Of a DNA stretch of 64,000 bases, positions 46,836 through 56,589 are shown in pieces. The notes beneath the pieces were generated by a model. It was not told the origin of the DNA and searched no databases. It was given only the letters and a program-made list of their open reading frames with translations. The DNA comes from a virus. Taxonomy: Duplodnaviria; Caudoviricetes. Location of the stretch: positions 21,781-85,780 of IMG/VR virus record IMGVR_UViG_3300025534_000006. One strand, given 5' to 3'. A program made the position numbers and the translations under genes. Within the stretch, counting starts at the first letter, position 1, and every line of letters starts with the position of its first letter.

Positions 46836-47290
46836 TCAGCGGCGTCAAGGGGGCGGCCGACCCATGGCGGGTGCTGGCCGGTATCGCGAGCAGCGATACC
46901 GATAGCGCCGACTATCTGCGCCATATCGCGCAGCGCGCTCTCCTGAGCGACGGTGCCCCGCCCTCTTGGTCCCGCGCGGTGGAACGGATCGACCGATATG
47001 CGGAGGACCCGGACATCATGCCGGGTTCGGCCGAGACTGCCCGGATGCTCGCGGAAGCCCTTTGCGCCGACCGCTGCGCTCCACCGGAGGTCTATCCACA
47101 CGGTCGCCTGCTCGCACTGGTCTGGGGCGAGATCGACGACCTGTACTTCCTGATCGCGGGAGACCGCTACGTGGAGGGATTGAGCATCCGTAGGGGGCGG
47201 GTGTCCGTGCGATATGCCCGCATCGCCTATACGGGCGGCCTTCTGCCCCCACCCCATGTCAGCGGCATCCCTGTCGCCGAGGGATCGTGA
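46829..47290 (+). CDS. Hypothetical protein
   Basis: Overlapping series. Confidence 0.55.
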   Translation: MVISGVKGAADPWRVLAGIASSDTDSADYLRHIAQRALLSDGAPPSWSRAVERIDRYAEDPDIMPGSAETARMLAEALCADRCAPPEVYPHGRLLALVWGEIDDLYFLIAGDRYVEGLSIRRGRVSVRYARIAYTGGLLPPPHVSGIPVAEGS

Positions 47291-47574
47291 TGGCAAGGAA
47301 ACCCACCCGCTGGGGGCGTCCCGGCCATACGCGCATCCACGAGGAGAACGGCTGGTTCATCGGCGTCCGCGACTTCGAGTTCACCGACGCGGAGGGCGGT
47401 ACCATCTGGCAGTACAAGGTGGCGCGAAACCGCGACCATTTCCACGACCCGCAATCGTCCCACTTGTGCTGGGTGTCGAAAGCCTCTCCGTACAAGCGGA
47501 AGCATTTCCAGACGCGGGAGGAAGCACTCGCCGCCACGCGTGCCCACATCACACAAGTCACGAAAACCATTTGA
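47287..47574 (+). CDS. Hypothetical protein
   Basis: Overlapping series. Confidence 0.6.
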   Translation: MMARKPTRWGRPGHTRIHEENGWFIGVRDFEFTDAEGGTIWQYKVARNRDHFHDPQSSHLCWVSKASPYKRKHFQTREEALAATRAHITQVTKTI

Positions 47575-47589
47575 GAACGGTATCCGATC

Positions 47590-49059
47590 ATGCGTATCCA
47601 CAATTTCCGTGTGGGGTTCGCGACGAACTCCTCGTCCTCGCACAGCGTCATCCTGCTGCCGCCCGACCTGATCGGTAAGGTCTCGGGGATCGCTACCCAT
47701 GATGACGGTCACTATGGCTGGGACTTCTTCCGCCTCGTCTCTGAGGAGGAGAAGCTGCGCTACCTCGCGGCGCAGTTCTTCGCGAACTACATCCGCGACA
47801 AGCACGCCATCGCCGACATCGTCGAGAAGCTCGACGCCGAGGTCTCGGGTTTCAAGGACCGTTATGCCGAGGTAGCGACCAACGCAGAGGACATATATGA
47901 CTGCGACGATTCGCTGCCCTCCGTGGACCACCAGTCGGTCCTCCGACTGCCGGACAACTACGATCCGGCGTTTGCAGAGGCGCTGATCCGCTTCTTCAAG
48001 AGCCCGCGCGTGGTGGTTCTGGGCGGTAACGACAATTCGGACGGCAACGATCATATCAAGCCGGACGGGTCGGAGGAGATCAGGTTCCTCAACAACCTGC
48101 GTGACTGCTATGACGGGTATCGCGCGCGCCAAGACGGCGCCTTCTGGACGCTGTTCTCCACGAGGGATGGCACCAAGATAAGGTTCAGCTTCGACCGCGA
48201 CGACCTGAACGCCGAGGGATATGTCAAGGCGAGCGCCCCGGAACTCGTGGACGTGAAAATCACCGACTGGTGCGACAAAGGGTGCGCCTTCTGTTACCAG
48301 TCCTCCACAAAGGCCGGTGTCCATGCGCCACTCGACCGCATCGAGCGCATCGTGAAGATGCTCGCCGAGATGAAGGTGTTCGAGGTCGCCATCGGTGGCG
48401 GCGAACCGACGGCGCATCCCGAGTTCGCGCGCATCCTGCGGATGTTCCATGAGGCCGGGATCACCCCGAACTTCACCACCTTCTCGAACAAGTGGCTGGT
48501 GAACGCGGGCCTCGTGCAGACGGTGCGCGAGACGGTCGGTGGCATCGGCGTCTCCTGCCTGAGCGCCAAGGACCTCGGTCTGCTCAACGAGATCAAGGCC
48601 ACACTCAGCGGTGGCGCCCGTTGGCATGACGGCCCGCAGATCACGGCGCAGCATGTTCTCGGGTCGGTCCCGCTCTACGTAACCGGCAACCTGCTGACAG
48701 CCGCATTCAAGGAGCGGCACCCGCTGCTGTTGCTGGGCTACAAGCCGGTCGGTTTCGGAGCGAACCACGAACGGCACGACACCGGGGAGGTCGAAACCTT
48801 CCTCAGGATGGCCGTCTACTCGGAGGAGAACCGGTGGGTGCGCCTGTCCGTAGACACGGCGCTGGTTGACCGGTTCCCGACTCTCACGGAGACGCTCGGT
48901 GTGCCGGATGCGCTGGTGACCAGCCCCGAGGGCAAATTCTCCTGCTATATCGATGCCGTGGAGAACCTGATGGGGCCGTCGAGCTACATCCAGAAGGTCG
49001 ATATGGACCCGCTGGTGCTGGATACCGAAGCGTTCAAGGCGATCTTCGCCCGGTACTGA
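47590..49059 (+). CDS. Radical SAM protein fused to an N-terminal TNSSSxH domain
   Basis: CDKGCAFCY, GGGEPT, NFTT; N-terminal GFATNSSSSHS. Confidence 0.85.
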   Translation: MRIHNFRVGFATNSSSSHSVILLPPDLIGKVSGIATHDDGHYGWDFFRLVSEEEKLRYLAAQFFANYIRDKHAIADIVEKLDAEVSGFKDRYAEVATNAEDIYDCDDSLPSVDHQSVLRLPDNYDPAFAEALIRFFKSPRVVVLGGNDNSDGNDHIKPDGSEEIRFLNNLRDCYDGYRARQDGAFWTLFSTRDGTKIRFSFDRDDLNAEGYVKASAPELVDVKITDWCDKGCAFCYQSSTKAGVHAPLDRIERIVKMLAEMKVFEVAIGGGEPTAHPEFARILRMFHEAGITPNFTTFSNKWLVNAGLVQTVRETVGGIGVSCLSAKDLGLLNEIKATLSGGARWHDGPQITAQHVLGSVPLYVTGNLLTAAFKERHPLLLLGYKPVGFGANHERHDTGEVETFLRMAVYSEENRWVRLSVDTALVDRFPTLTETLGVPDALVTSPEGKFSCYIDAVENLMGPSSYIQKVDMDPLVLDTEAFKAIFARY

Positions 49060-49096
49060 AAGGGAAGGGGAGGGGGCCACCTCTCCCCAACCACAT

Positions 49097-49525
49097 ATGC
49101 CCTTGCTCTCCTACGTCACCGGGTGCAACGCGGCGCTTGGCCTGACGGAGTTCATGCGGTCGGAAGGCTCAGTCCGGTACGATGGCGGTTTCAATATCCA
49201 AGTCGCCCCGGAAGCGCAGCCATACTATGATCTGTTCCGGTGGATCGTGGATGATCGCCTGTCCTGCGGGTTTGAGGTGAATGAGAGCGGTCTGATGGTA
49301 TGGCATGAGGATCAGCAACGCATCATCGAAACCGGCGAACAACCCCCTTTGGCCTTTGTTGGCGCCACTATGGCCCATGCCGCTCTTGACCAGCATCGCA
49401 TGACCATCTCGCTGGCATCGGTTCGCGGAAAGTCATGGCTTGATGGGCAGCGCGCGTTCATCGTCGCGGCCTCCTCTGAGGAGGCCCTCCAAACGATCAC
49501 CGTCCTCGCCAGCTTGTCACGCTGA
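49097..49525 (+). CDS. Hypothetical protein
   Basis: 142-aa ORF. Confidence 0.5.
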   Translation: MPLLSYVTGCNAALGLTEFMRSEGSVRYDGGFNIQVAPEAQPYYDLFRWIVDDRLSCGFEVNESGLMVWHEDQQRIIETGEQPPLAFVGATMAHAALDQHRMTISLASVRGKSWLDGQRAFIVAASSEEALQTITVLASLSR

Positions 49526-50164
49526 TCAGCGCGAGAAGCGTACCCCGTATTGGGCGAGGAGGCTGGTCTCGACAGGCTTGCCTCCCACCGTGGGTGAAAG
49601 CTGCATTTCGGGCGTCGAGGGTCCGCTCAGCCCTTCCCTGTAGGCACGGATGGCATCCTTGTAGCCGCTCCGGCTGACCTTGCCGAGGCTGGTGGTCATC
49701 GTGGCGATGCGCGGGTCCAGTCGCTCGGAAAACACCGTATCGAGCCAGACGCCACCGGTCTCTGGCAGCCAGAGCAGATGCCCCGTCCTGATCTCAATGG
49801 AGCCGCGACCCATGCTGAGCCATGTCGAGCCAGCCTCCCAACGGCGCATCTCTCCCAAGGGATCGGGCGCGAAACCCTGAACGACTTTGCCGTCCAGATG
49901 CGCGATCATGAGAAGTTCGGCGTCGGCATCCCGGTATTTTTGCGCCAGTCGCTTGAGTGCCGTGCGGTACCATGGCAGCGGCACCTCGGCAGCGTCGATC
50001 TCGGCATCGGTCATCTCGTGAACGCGTTCGACCAGCGCCGCCACTGCGGGACGGCGCTTGGCCTCGTATTCGAGCATGGAAAGCAGGTCGCGGAACATCA
50101 GGAAAGCCAATCCACTTTCGTCGGCACGTCCGAGCGCATTTCGACAATGACTTCCTGTTGCCAA
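49526..50164 (-). CDS. Late hypothetical protein with leader-like MFRDLLSMLE
   Basis: TAAATA 50198-50203; alternative ATG at 50098. Confidence 0.6.
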   Translation of the reverse strand: MATGSHCRNALGRADESGLAFLMFRDLLSMLEYEAKRRPAVAALVERVHEMTDAEIDAAEVPLPWYRTALKRLAQKYRDADAELLMIAHLDGKVVQGFAPDPLGEMRRWEAGSTWLSMGRGSIEIRTGHLLWLPETGGVWLDTVFSERLDPRIATMTTSLGKVSRSGYKDAIRAYREGLSGPSTPEMQLSPTVGGKPVETSLLAQYGVRFSR

Positions 50165-50348
50165 CCGTGGCGCGGACTTTCTATGGCCTGTGCGGCGTAT
50201 TTAGCCGGTCCGTCCTGCCGCCTACCCCATGGACCTCGTCCTTCCGGTATTGCGAAACTCGTTCAGTGGCAGACCTCTCACGCTTCTATGGACCAATCAC
50301 CGAAACGTGTGCTAGAAGTGCAACGAAAAGCCCCTTTGAAGGTCTACC

Positions 50349-50582
50349 ATGTCGTACGTGTTGCACCTCACCGAATTCGATGACGCGCACGAGCGACTGC
50401 TCTGCTACGACGACGAGCCGGAGCTTCGGCCCGAGGTCCGGGTCTGGCTGGCCGCAAACCTGCCCGGCGCCAAGGTCTGCTATGATCCCGAAAACGAGTT
50501 TGGCGTGAGCATCCGGTTTGCCTCCAAGGAGGACTGCGCATTGTTCACCACCTTCTGGATCGGACGTGATGGGGTGGCCTAG
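50349..50582 (+). CDS. Small protein, FxxxxDxxxF..W family
   Basis: IRFASKEDCALFTTFW. Confidence 0.6.
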   Translation: MSYVLHLTEFDDAHERLLCYDDEPELRPEVRVWLAANLPGAKVCYDPENEFGVSIRFASKEDCALFTTFWIGRDGVA

Positions 50583-50590
50583 GCCACCCC
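50571..50590. terminator. Perfect 20-bp palindrome between convergent genes
   Basis: GGGGTGGCCTAGGCCACCCC. Confidence 0.5.
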
Positions 50591-50599
50591 GTCCTTCTT

Positions 50600-51814
50600 T
50601 CAGTATGCATCGCACATCATGAACTGTGCGCTGTCGATCACCACTTCATCGCCGTCCACACACTGGACCTTCACGAAGTCACCCGTGGCGCGGATCATCG
50701 GTTGAATGACGGTCTCGCCCCAGACCTCGCCCGAGGTCTCGACGACACGCCAATTTTCATAGAAACGCCAGTTCCGGTCCACCACTGCGTACCGGACCTG
50801 CCGCGCCGAGGTGGTGCGGATGGTGATGGTGGCCTGCACCGGAGCCCCCGGCTGGCTGCGCCACAGCGTCGTGGCCTCCGGCGCGAGGCTCACGCTCTGC
50901 GGCAGCGCCGGGATCATCCCGGCCAGATGCGAGGCCAGCGCCGGGCTTTCGCAGCGTGCATCGACACCGGGCTCGCCCAGCGTGAAGCTGTCGGTGCCGA
51001 AGGTCCAGAGCGTCACCGGTACTTGGCTGGCGTCGGCGGCGGTGATCACCGTCTGGGCCAATCCCTTTTGCTGGTCCGGCGGTAGCGGCGTGAACGGGTC
51101 GCAGCCAAGCCCATACTCGCCGAGCATCACCGGGATGCCGAGGTCCTTGCCCCACTGCGCAAAGCCGCCGAGACGACTGGCCGCCCAGTCATGCGATATC
51201 GCATCGTAGCAATGCGCCTCCGCGATCTGGTAGGCCGTATCGGAAGCGGGCGGCGCGGAGCATTCCATGGTGCTCTCGATGGAGCCCCAGCTATGCCCGG
51301 CCCATACCAGCACGAAATTCGGCCCCACGGCGCCGCGCGCGGTGGCATAGACACGGTCGCGGATCGGGAGCCACTCCGCAAGGCTGCTGCGGGTCGCCTC
51401 ATTGATCGGCGCGAGCGCGGTCCAAGCCGGGTCGAGGCGCGCAGCGCAGTAGGAGAGCACATCATGGACGAGCGAGAGGTAGGCATCCTGACGCGCAGTG
51501 TCCCCGAGCGGATAGCTCTGGTCGTCGCAGAAATCGGTGACGGCGAGAAAGCTGCGCAGGCCAGCAGCCTTGGCGTTGTTCATCGCCGCAATGTAGGAAT
51601 CGGTCTGCCACCAATTGCGGGGATTGAACCATCCGGTCGGCATGATGGCACGGACATGGGTGAAGCCCTGACTTTTGAGCGCCGCAAAATACTCGACGCT
51701 TAGCTGACGGGTCTCCCACGAGTCCTTGGCGAACAACGGAAACAGCTTGCCGTTGCCCGCGATATTGGCCCCGACGCGCAGGTTCGAGGCGAAGATTTGA
51801 GCAGGGGTACGCAT
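50600..51814 (-). CDS. Glycoside hydrolase, clan GH-A (GH5-like)
   Basis: APINEA acid/base, EAHCY, MLGEYG nucleophile; extra C-terminal beta domain. Confidence 0.8.
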   Translation of the reverse strand: MRTPAQIFASNLRVGANIAGNGKLFPLFAKDSWETRQLSVEYFAALKSQGFTHVRAIMPTGWFNPRNWWQTDSYIAAMNNAKAAGLRSFLAVTDFCDDQSYPLGDTARQDAYLSLVHDVLSYCAARLDPAWTALAPINEATRSSLAEWLPIRDRVYATARGAVGPNFVLVWAGHSWGSIESTMECSAPPASDTAYQIAEAHCYDAISHDWAASRLGGFAQWGKDLGIPVMLGEYGLGCDPFTPLPPDQQKGLAQTVITAADASQVPVTLWTFGTDSFTLGEPGVDARCESPALASHLAGMIPALPQSVSLAPEATTLWRSQPGAPVQATITIRTTSARQVRYAVVDRNWRFYENWRVVETSGEVWGETVIQPMIRATGDFVKVQCVDGDEVVIDSAQFMMCDAY

Positions 51815-51918
51815 CCTGAAATGGCCTTCTTCGAAGGACCGGCACCACGCCGGTCGCCTCTAGTTAGGCCAGTTCACGGACGCATCTTATGCGGTGTTGA
51901 TCGAACCCGGCGTTGGGA

Positions 51919-52368
51919 TCACACCACGGACATGCGCCCGACAGCGGCGCGCGGCTCCCACCACCACTGGTCCATCCGCAGGTCGTCCAGCGCCCCGAGA
52001 AGTCGCTCCCGTGCCAGCTTCGCCACGCCGCTAAGCCGTCCGAACGGGCGGTCCGCCCGCCATTCGATCTCGTGGCCGTTCAGCACCGCGTCGATCAGGT
52101 CAGGAATGAGGCCGCCGGAAAGCGCGGCGTGCAGGGTCTCGATGCGCACCCCCGTCGGCAGCAGGCACCGCATCACCAAGCCGTCGCGGACAAGCAGGGG
52201 CAGGTCTCCGGTGGAATCAAGCACGGGCTCGATGCTCACCGAAACGCCGTGCATCGCACCGATTTTCAGGTACGCCACCGGTCCATTCGTGCGGAAACCG
52301 GCGAAGTCGGCGCAAGCGGTCAGCGCCTCCTGTGTGATGCCACACAGGGCGTCGGAATAATCCGTCAT
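51919..52368 (-). CDS. Hypothetical protein
   Basis: 149-aa ORF. Confidence 0.5.
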   Translation of the reverse strand: MTDYSDALCGITQEALTACADFAGFRTNGPVAYLKIGAMHGVSVSIEPVLDSTGDLPLLVRDGLVMRCLLPTGVRIETLHAALSGGLIPDLIDAVLNGHEIEWRADRPFGRLSGVAKLARERLLGALDDLRMDQWWWEPRAAVGRMSVV

Positions 52369-52525
52369 GGAAGGGGCTCACGTTTTCGTGCGAGGCTTCC
52401 GCGCTGTGTACACGCCTCGGGGGCGGTTGGCAATGGAATATATGAAGATTGTCTACGGCGAATCCGGGATAATGCCGTTGACCAGAACCGGGTTTTCCGC
52501 TACTTCTGCCCCGGAAGGGGCAAGC

Positions 52526-52756
52526 ATGAGCGCCATTAGCATCCAGCGGAATGTGCCAGTCCGCCTGATCGAAATCGACTTTCCGGCGCATTCGGACCGG
52601 GCCTTTAGGGCGCTGGCCGACGAGACACGGCGCGGTACGTTCACCCACACGCTGGTATGCGGCCCGAAGTTCAGCACCCCCGGCATGTCGCGGATGCTCC
52701 TCCTCATCAGCGAGGATCGCGCTGCCGCCTTTCTGGATGCCATCAGCGAGGCTTGA
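52526..52756 (+). CDS. Small hypothetical protein
   Basis: AAGGGG SD, ATG 52526. Confidence 0.5.
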   Translation: MSAISIQRNVPVRLIEIDFPAHSDRAFRALADETRRGTFTHTLVCGPKFSTPGMSRMLLLISEDRAAAFLDAISEA

Positions 52757-53268
52757 TGTTCTACAGCTACCGTGACCACGAGTATCGTGCCCATCGGAGG
52801 TACAAGGATCGCCTGAGCCGCGACATCATCGTCCGGCACGAGGTGAGACTGCCCGATGGCTCGACCGTGGAAGCGCCATTCCCACGTCGTTTCATTGCCG
52901 ACCGTGAGACATTCGTCGAATGGGTGAACCTGCGTCTCCTGCCCCTCTATGAGGTGGATGGATATCGCTATGAGCCGGTGCGGATAACTCCGTGGACGAG
53001 CGTCGTTGCTGCGCGCTACCAGCATGTGGTGCGTGCGCCCGACGGGTCCATCGCCGAGTTCCCGCATCCTGCAACCTCGCTGGTACCGCGTGACCTTTTC
53101 GTCGAGTGGATGCGGTGGGGGCGCCCGACCGCCGATGCGCTGGGGCGCCGGGTCTTGTCGCTCGGCCTGTTCCGCCGCCTCGACAGGCTGGCGCAGAAGC
53201 ACGGGATCGGACGCGAGCAGCACGAGGTTCTGGCCGTTTTCAGTCGGCTCGCCTCGGGCCGGGGTTGA
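52756..53268 (+). CDS. Hypothetical protein with internal duplication
   Basis: LPDGSTVEAPFP..F..WV and APDGSIAEFPHP..F.EWM. Confidence 0.6.
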   Translation: MFYSYRDHEYRAHRRYKDRLSRDIIVRHEVRLPDGSTVEAPFPRRFIADRETFVEWVNLRLLPLYEVDGYRYEPVRITPWTSVVAARYQHVVRAPDGSIAEFPHPATSLVPRDLFVEWMRWGRPTADALGRRVLSLGLFRRLDRLAQKHGIGREQHEVLAVFSRLASGRG

Positions 53269-53281
53269 TACGGATTTTCAG

Positions 53282-54037
53282 ATGCCAATGTTGCGGGTTG
53301 TGGCCCTTGCGGGCCTGATGGCGCTTGCCGCCTGTGGCGATGATCGGGCGGAGAAGCGGGCGGAGGATCGGCCCGATACGGCCAAGATCGCTGCACAGAA
53401 AATCGCGGAGGGAAAGCTGCGGGAGGGCGCCCGCACCGAGGTCACCCTGCGGGCCGTGCAGTCATATGCGCAAGCAGCGCCGGGCGTCATCGCGGTCTGC
53501 GGTCAGGTCCGGTTCGGCGGCGGTGGTGAGCCGTTCCTGCCGTTCGTGACGGTGGTGTATGAACCCGGCCGGGGCGCCGCCCCCAAGGTCGAGCATTTCG
53601 TCGCCCTGTCCAGCACCGCAGCCACGCGGGTCTATATCGAGACCATGAGCCGATGCCATGACGGCGGCGGCCCCGATCCGCGCCATAGGGGCATCGAGCC
53701 GCTGCCGCCCGTCCCGTCCGAGGATGCCTTGCGGCAGGCTTTGCGGCCCATGGAGGCGCCCGCAAGCCCGCCTGCCGCACCACCCCCTGCGCCGCAGCCC
53801 GCGACGGCTCCTGCAACGCCTCCCGTGCCGCAGAGCGCCTCCGGGGTCACCGTCACGATGCGCCAGCATGGCAACATTCGTGCCCATCCGCATGGGGGAG
53901 GGGCGGTGACCGGCGTCGTGCCGCAGGGGACGGTGCTCCGGGTCTACGGCACCGCTCCGGGTGGCTGGTACGAAGTGGGCGACTCAACCACGGTCCTCGG
54001 CTGGGTCCACGGCAGCTTGCTGGTGTCCCAGCCCTAG
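53282..54037 (+). CDS. Lipoprotein with C-terminal bacterial SH3 domain
   Basis: Lipobox LAAC; NIRAHP...GWYEV...GWVHGSLL. Confidence 0.8.
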   Translation: MPMLRVVALAGLMALAACGDDRAEKRAEDRPDTAKIAAQKIAEGKLREGARTEVTLRAVQSYAQAAPGVIAVCGQVRFGGGGEPFLPFVTVVYEPGRGAAPKVEHFVALSSTAATRVYIETMSRCHDGGGPDPRHRGIEPLPPVPSEDALRQALRPMEAPASPPAAPPPAPQPATAPATPPVPQSASGVTVTMRQHGNIRAHPHGGGAVTGVVPQGTVLRVYGTAPGGWYEVGDSTTVLGWVHGSLLVSQP

Positions 54038-54068
54038 TCCTCGCTGGGGTGCCGAGTGGGCAGGGGCG

Positions 54069-54389
54069 TCACGGATGGGCCTCGGCGGCCTCATTCTCCT
54101 CCAAGACCATCACCAGCGTCCCGTCGGCGCCCGGCCGGATGACCGGCATCCGGCCATACTTGGCGTGCTTGGCGTTATAGGCGGGGATCGCCAGCGCCAA
54201 GAATTCGTCGATCCGCCGGACCGCCTCCTCCTCGCTGGGGAATTCTCCCACGGCGCCCGTGTTGTCGTCGTAGTCGATCAGGCAGACGGTCCAGTCCGGC
54301 TCGTCATTGCGGTTCGTGATCTCGATGGTGAAGCTCTGGTACGAGGCGGTGAGGGTGACCACCTTGGAGCGCCGGAAATCCATGGTCAT
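54069..54389 (-). CDS. Hypothetical protein
   Basis: In series. Confidence 0.55.
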   Translation of the reverse strand: MTMDFRRSKVVTLTASYQSFTIEITNRNDEPDWTVCLIDYDDNTGAVGEFPSEEEAVRRIDEFLALAIPAYNAKHAKYGRMPVIRPGADGTLVMVLEENEAAEAHP

Positions 54390-54847
54390 GCGTCCTGACA
54401 TTCGGTGCCGATGAATGCCAGCACCTCTTGCGGCGTGAGGCGGCGAGGAACACCCGGTGCCGCGTCCGGACAAAAGGCCAGCACATCCTTGGGCAGGGTA
54501 GGGTGCTCGGCCCGCAATTCCTCCGGCGCCTCGACGCGGATCACCAGATCGCCGACCGCCTTGTCATAGTCGAGAACGCCGAGGACGAGCCACGGAAGCG
54601 GCGTATTGCCCGCCGCATCGGCGGTGCGCGGAGAGAAATAGCGGACGATCTCCACCTTGCCATGCACGCCGCCCCCGGAGAAGCCGCCCGTGGCCTGCAC
54701 CTTCATGTAGCGTGGATCATCGCTCGGCAGGTTCGGACGGAAACCGGCAGCGCGCTCGGCCCTGATCCACTCCTCGAAGGTGACCTCGCGCCATTCGGCT
54801 TCGCCGTTGCGCCGCAGAAGCCAGCGTTCGAACCCCGCCATCGTCAT
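54386..54847 (-). CDS. Hypothetical protein
   Basis: In series. Confidence 0.55.
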   Translation of the reverse strand: MTMAGFERWLLRRNGEAEWREVTFEEWIRAERAAGFRPNLPSDDPRYMKVQATGGFSGGGVHGKVEIVRYFSPRTADAAGNTPLPWLVLGVLDYDKAVGDLVIRVEAPEELRAEHPTLPKDVLAFCPDAAPGVPRRLTPQEVLAFIGTECQDA

Positions 54848-55098
54848 CCTCCCTGCGCCGACCGGGCGCGCTTGGCCTCGATCCGGTTGAGTGTCTCATG
54901 CATGTCCACCAGCGCAAGGCCGCCACCGAGGGCGAACAGCGGGGACCAGATGAGCAGGGCCGTCGGAAGCCACGGAGGACCAATCAGCACGCTCGCCAAT
55001 GGCGCCCCGAAGATCACCGCCATGACCAAACGCCGGACCAGCGACCGACCAAACAGCCGGTCGCCGATCAGCGAAAAGGCGTGCCAGATGCGTCCCAT
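54844..55098 (-). CDS. Small membrane protein
   Basis: Two hydrophobic segments. Confidence 0.6.
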   Translation of the reverse strand: MGRIWHAFSLIGDRLFGRSLVRRLVMAVIFGAPLASVLIGPPWLPTALLIWSPLFALGGGLALVDMHETLNRIEAKRARSAQGG

Positions 55099-55110
55099 GA
55101 GTGCTCCCGA

Positions 55111-55752
55111 TCAGGCCGCCGCGAGTTGCTGGCGGCCCCGGCCGGACAGGCTCCGGCCGATGCCTCGCAGGTGGTAGTTCACATCGCCCACCGGGATGAA
55201 CCACTTCGTGTAGCTGTCGAGGCGCTTGCCGTTGCTGGTGAAGCGGAAGCCCTCGATGCTCACATTGGTGTCCGGGCACTCAAGGAAGGCGAAAGCCTCC
55301 GGCACCGAGCACTCGAACTCGATCATGCCGATGCTGCCCGGAAGCGAGCGGTCGCCATGGTGGAGCTTCACCCGGATGGTGATGTCGTCGAACTCCTCCT
55401 CGGTCAGGCGCGGGTCGCGCTCCACCGGAGGAATGTAGCCGACGATCTTGGCGAAGGCATCGGCGCGGATGGCAGCAGCCTTGGCCTCGGCCGCCTCATA
55501 GCGGCTGCGGAAGGCCGCCAGCGCGTCGGCAGCGGTCGGGTAGCTCGCGATGTGGTCGAGATCGCTGAAGTCGATCTCCCGGCGCCCGCCGCCATAGGTC
55601 AGCCAGCGGCCGTCCTCGCACTGCTTGAGATGACCGATGCTGTACGGGTAGCCCTCAACGAACAGGTTGTAGTGGGTCTCATCCGCGAGCAGGTTGAAAT
55701 CCTTGGCGCGGTTGACGTGAGACTTCACTGCGCGGAACCGGAAGCTGCTCAT
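55111..55752 (-). CDS. Early hypothetical protein
   Basis: GAGGAGG SD; upstream TTGACG-N16-TATGGT. Confidence 0.65.
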   Translation of the reverse strand: MSSFRFRAVKSHVNRAKDFNLLADETHYNLFVEGYPYSIGHLKQCEDGRWLTYGGGRREIDFSDLDHIASYPTAADALAAFRSRYEAAEAKAAAIRADAFAKIVGYIPPVERDPRLTEEEFDDITIRVKLHHGDRSLPGSIGMIEFECSVPEAFAFLECPDTNVSIEGFRFTSNGKRLDSYTKWFIPVGDVNYHLRGIGRSLSGRGRQQLAAA

Positions 55753-55776
55753 GGTGTTCGCCCTCCTCACAAGGCG

Positions 55777-55804
55777 ACCATACCACAGTCGCACCGGCCG
55801 TCAA
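55777..55804 (-). promoter_or_regulatory. Sigma70-like early promoter
   Basis: TTGACG-N16-TATGGT. Confidence 0.6.
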
Positions 55805-55818
55805 GAAAATAGTTTGGG

Positions 55819-56589
55819 TTAACCGGATTTTTTTGGTTCAGGCGCCGGTACCGTCGGCTGCTTGCGGCGGCCGGTCCCGGCGGCGCTCTTAGCCGGGGGC
55901 GGGGCGTCTCCGCTCGGGTCCTCGGTATAGGTCCAGTACGACGGTTCGAGGCGCGGGAGATCGGCGACCCCGGCCTCCCGGTTGATCGCTTCGACCTCGG
56001 CGTCCGACAGCACGCGAACGACTTTCATGGCGCCCGCGATGAGCCAATTGCCGGTCATGTTCGGGTTCGTCCTGTACCGATAATGGCCGCCATGTGGAAT
56101 TTGGTCGGTGATGTGCGCCGTCCTCGGGATGATCTTTCCCGTCTTGTCACGCTTGGCACGCCGGTTTGCCTCGCTCTGCCAATCGACATCGGCGGGAAGC
56201 TCGACCTCGGCCCAGACATGCGTGGGGAGACGATGATCCGGGCGTCTCAGCTTGGGGTCAGACTTGCCTCCGATATGCGTCGCTATCGGCAGGTCGCCCG
56301 CGTGCCATCCGGGACGAAAAGCCAGTGGGCCGAGCTTCGACTTGACCTTATCACCAACCATGGGGCCGATCTCCGCCTCTACCCATTTCCCGATAGGGAT
56401 TGGCTTGTCAGCATTGACATACAGCGGGAATAGCTGCCCCGGCCGCTTGGGATCGATGCGAAACAGCTTGTAGGCTCTGACCGTGTTCTTGGGCGGCGGA
56501 ACGTCCAGTGGTTCGATATGCAGACCCGCATCTTCGCTGAGGATGTCCCACGATGCAGGGAGACGGTTCACGAGTTCACGGTAACGCAT
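55819..56589 (-). CDS. Late protein with polyvalent-protein-type domain
   Basis: TAAATA 56613-56618; AYKLF...LAFRPGWH...VWAEVE, recalled from large polyvalent proteins (unverified). Confidence 0.6.
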   Translation of the reverse strand: MRYRELVNRLPASWDILSEDAGLHIEPLDVPPPKNTVRAYKLFRIDPKRPGQLFPLYVNADKPIPIGKWVEAEIGPMVGDKVKSKLGPLAFRPGWHAGDLPIATHIGGKSDPKLRRPDHRLPTHVWAEVELPADVDWQSEANRRAKRDKTGKIIPRTAHITDQIPHGGHYRYRTNPNMTGNWLIAGAMKVVRVLSDAEVEAINREAGVADLPRLEPSYWTYTEDPSGDAPPPAKSAAGTGRRKQPTVPAPEPKKSG

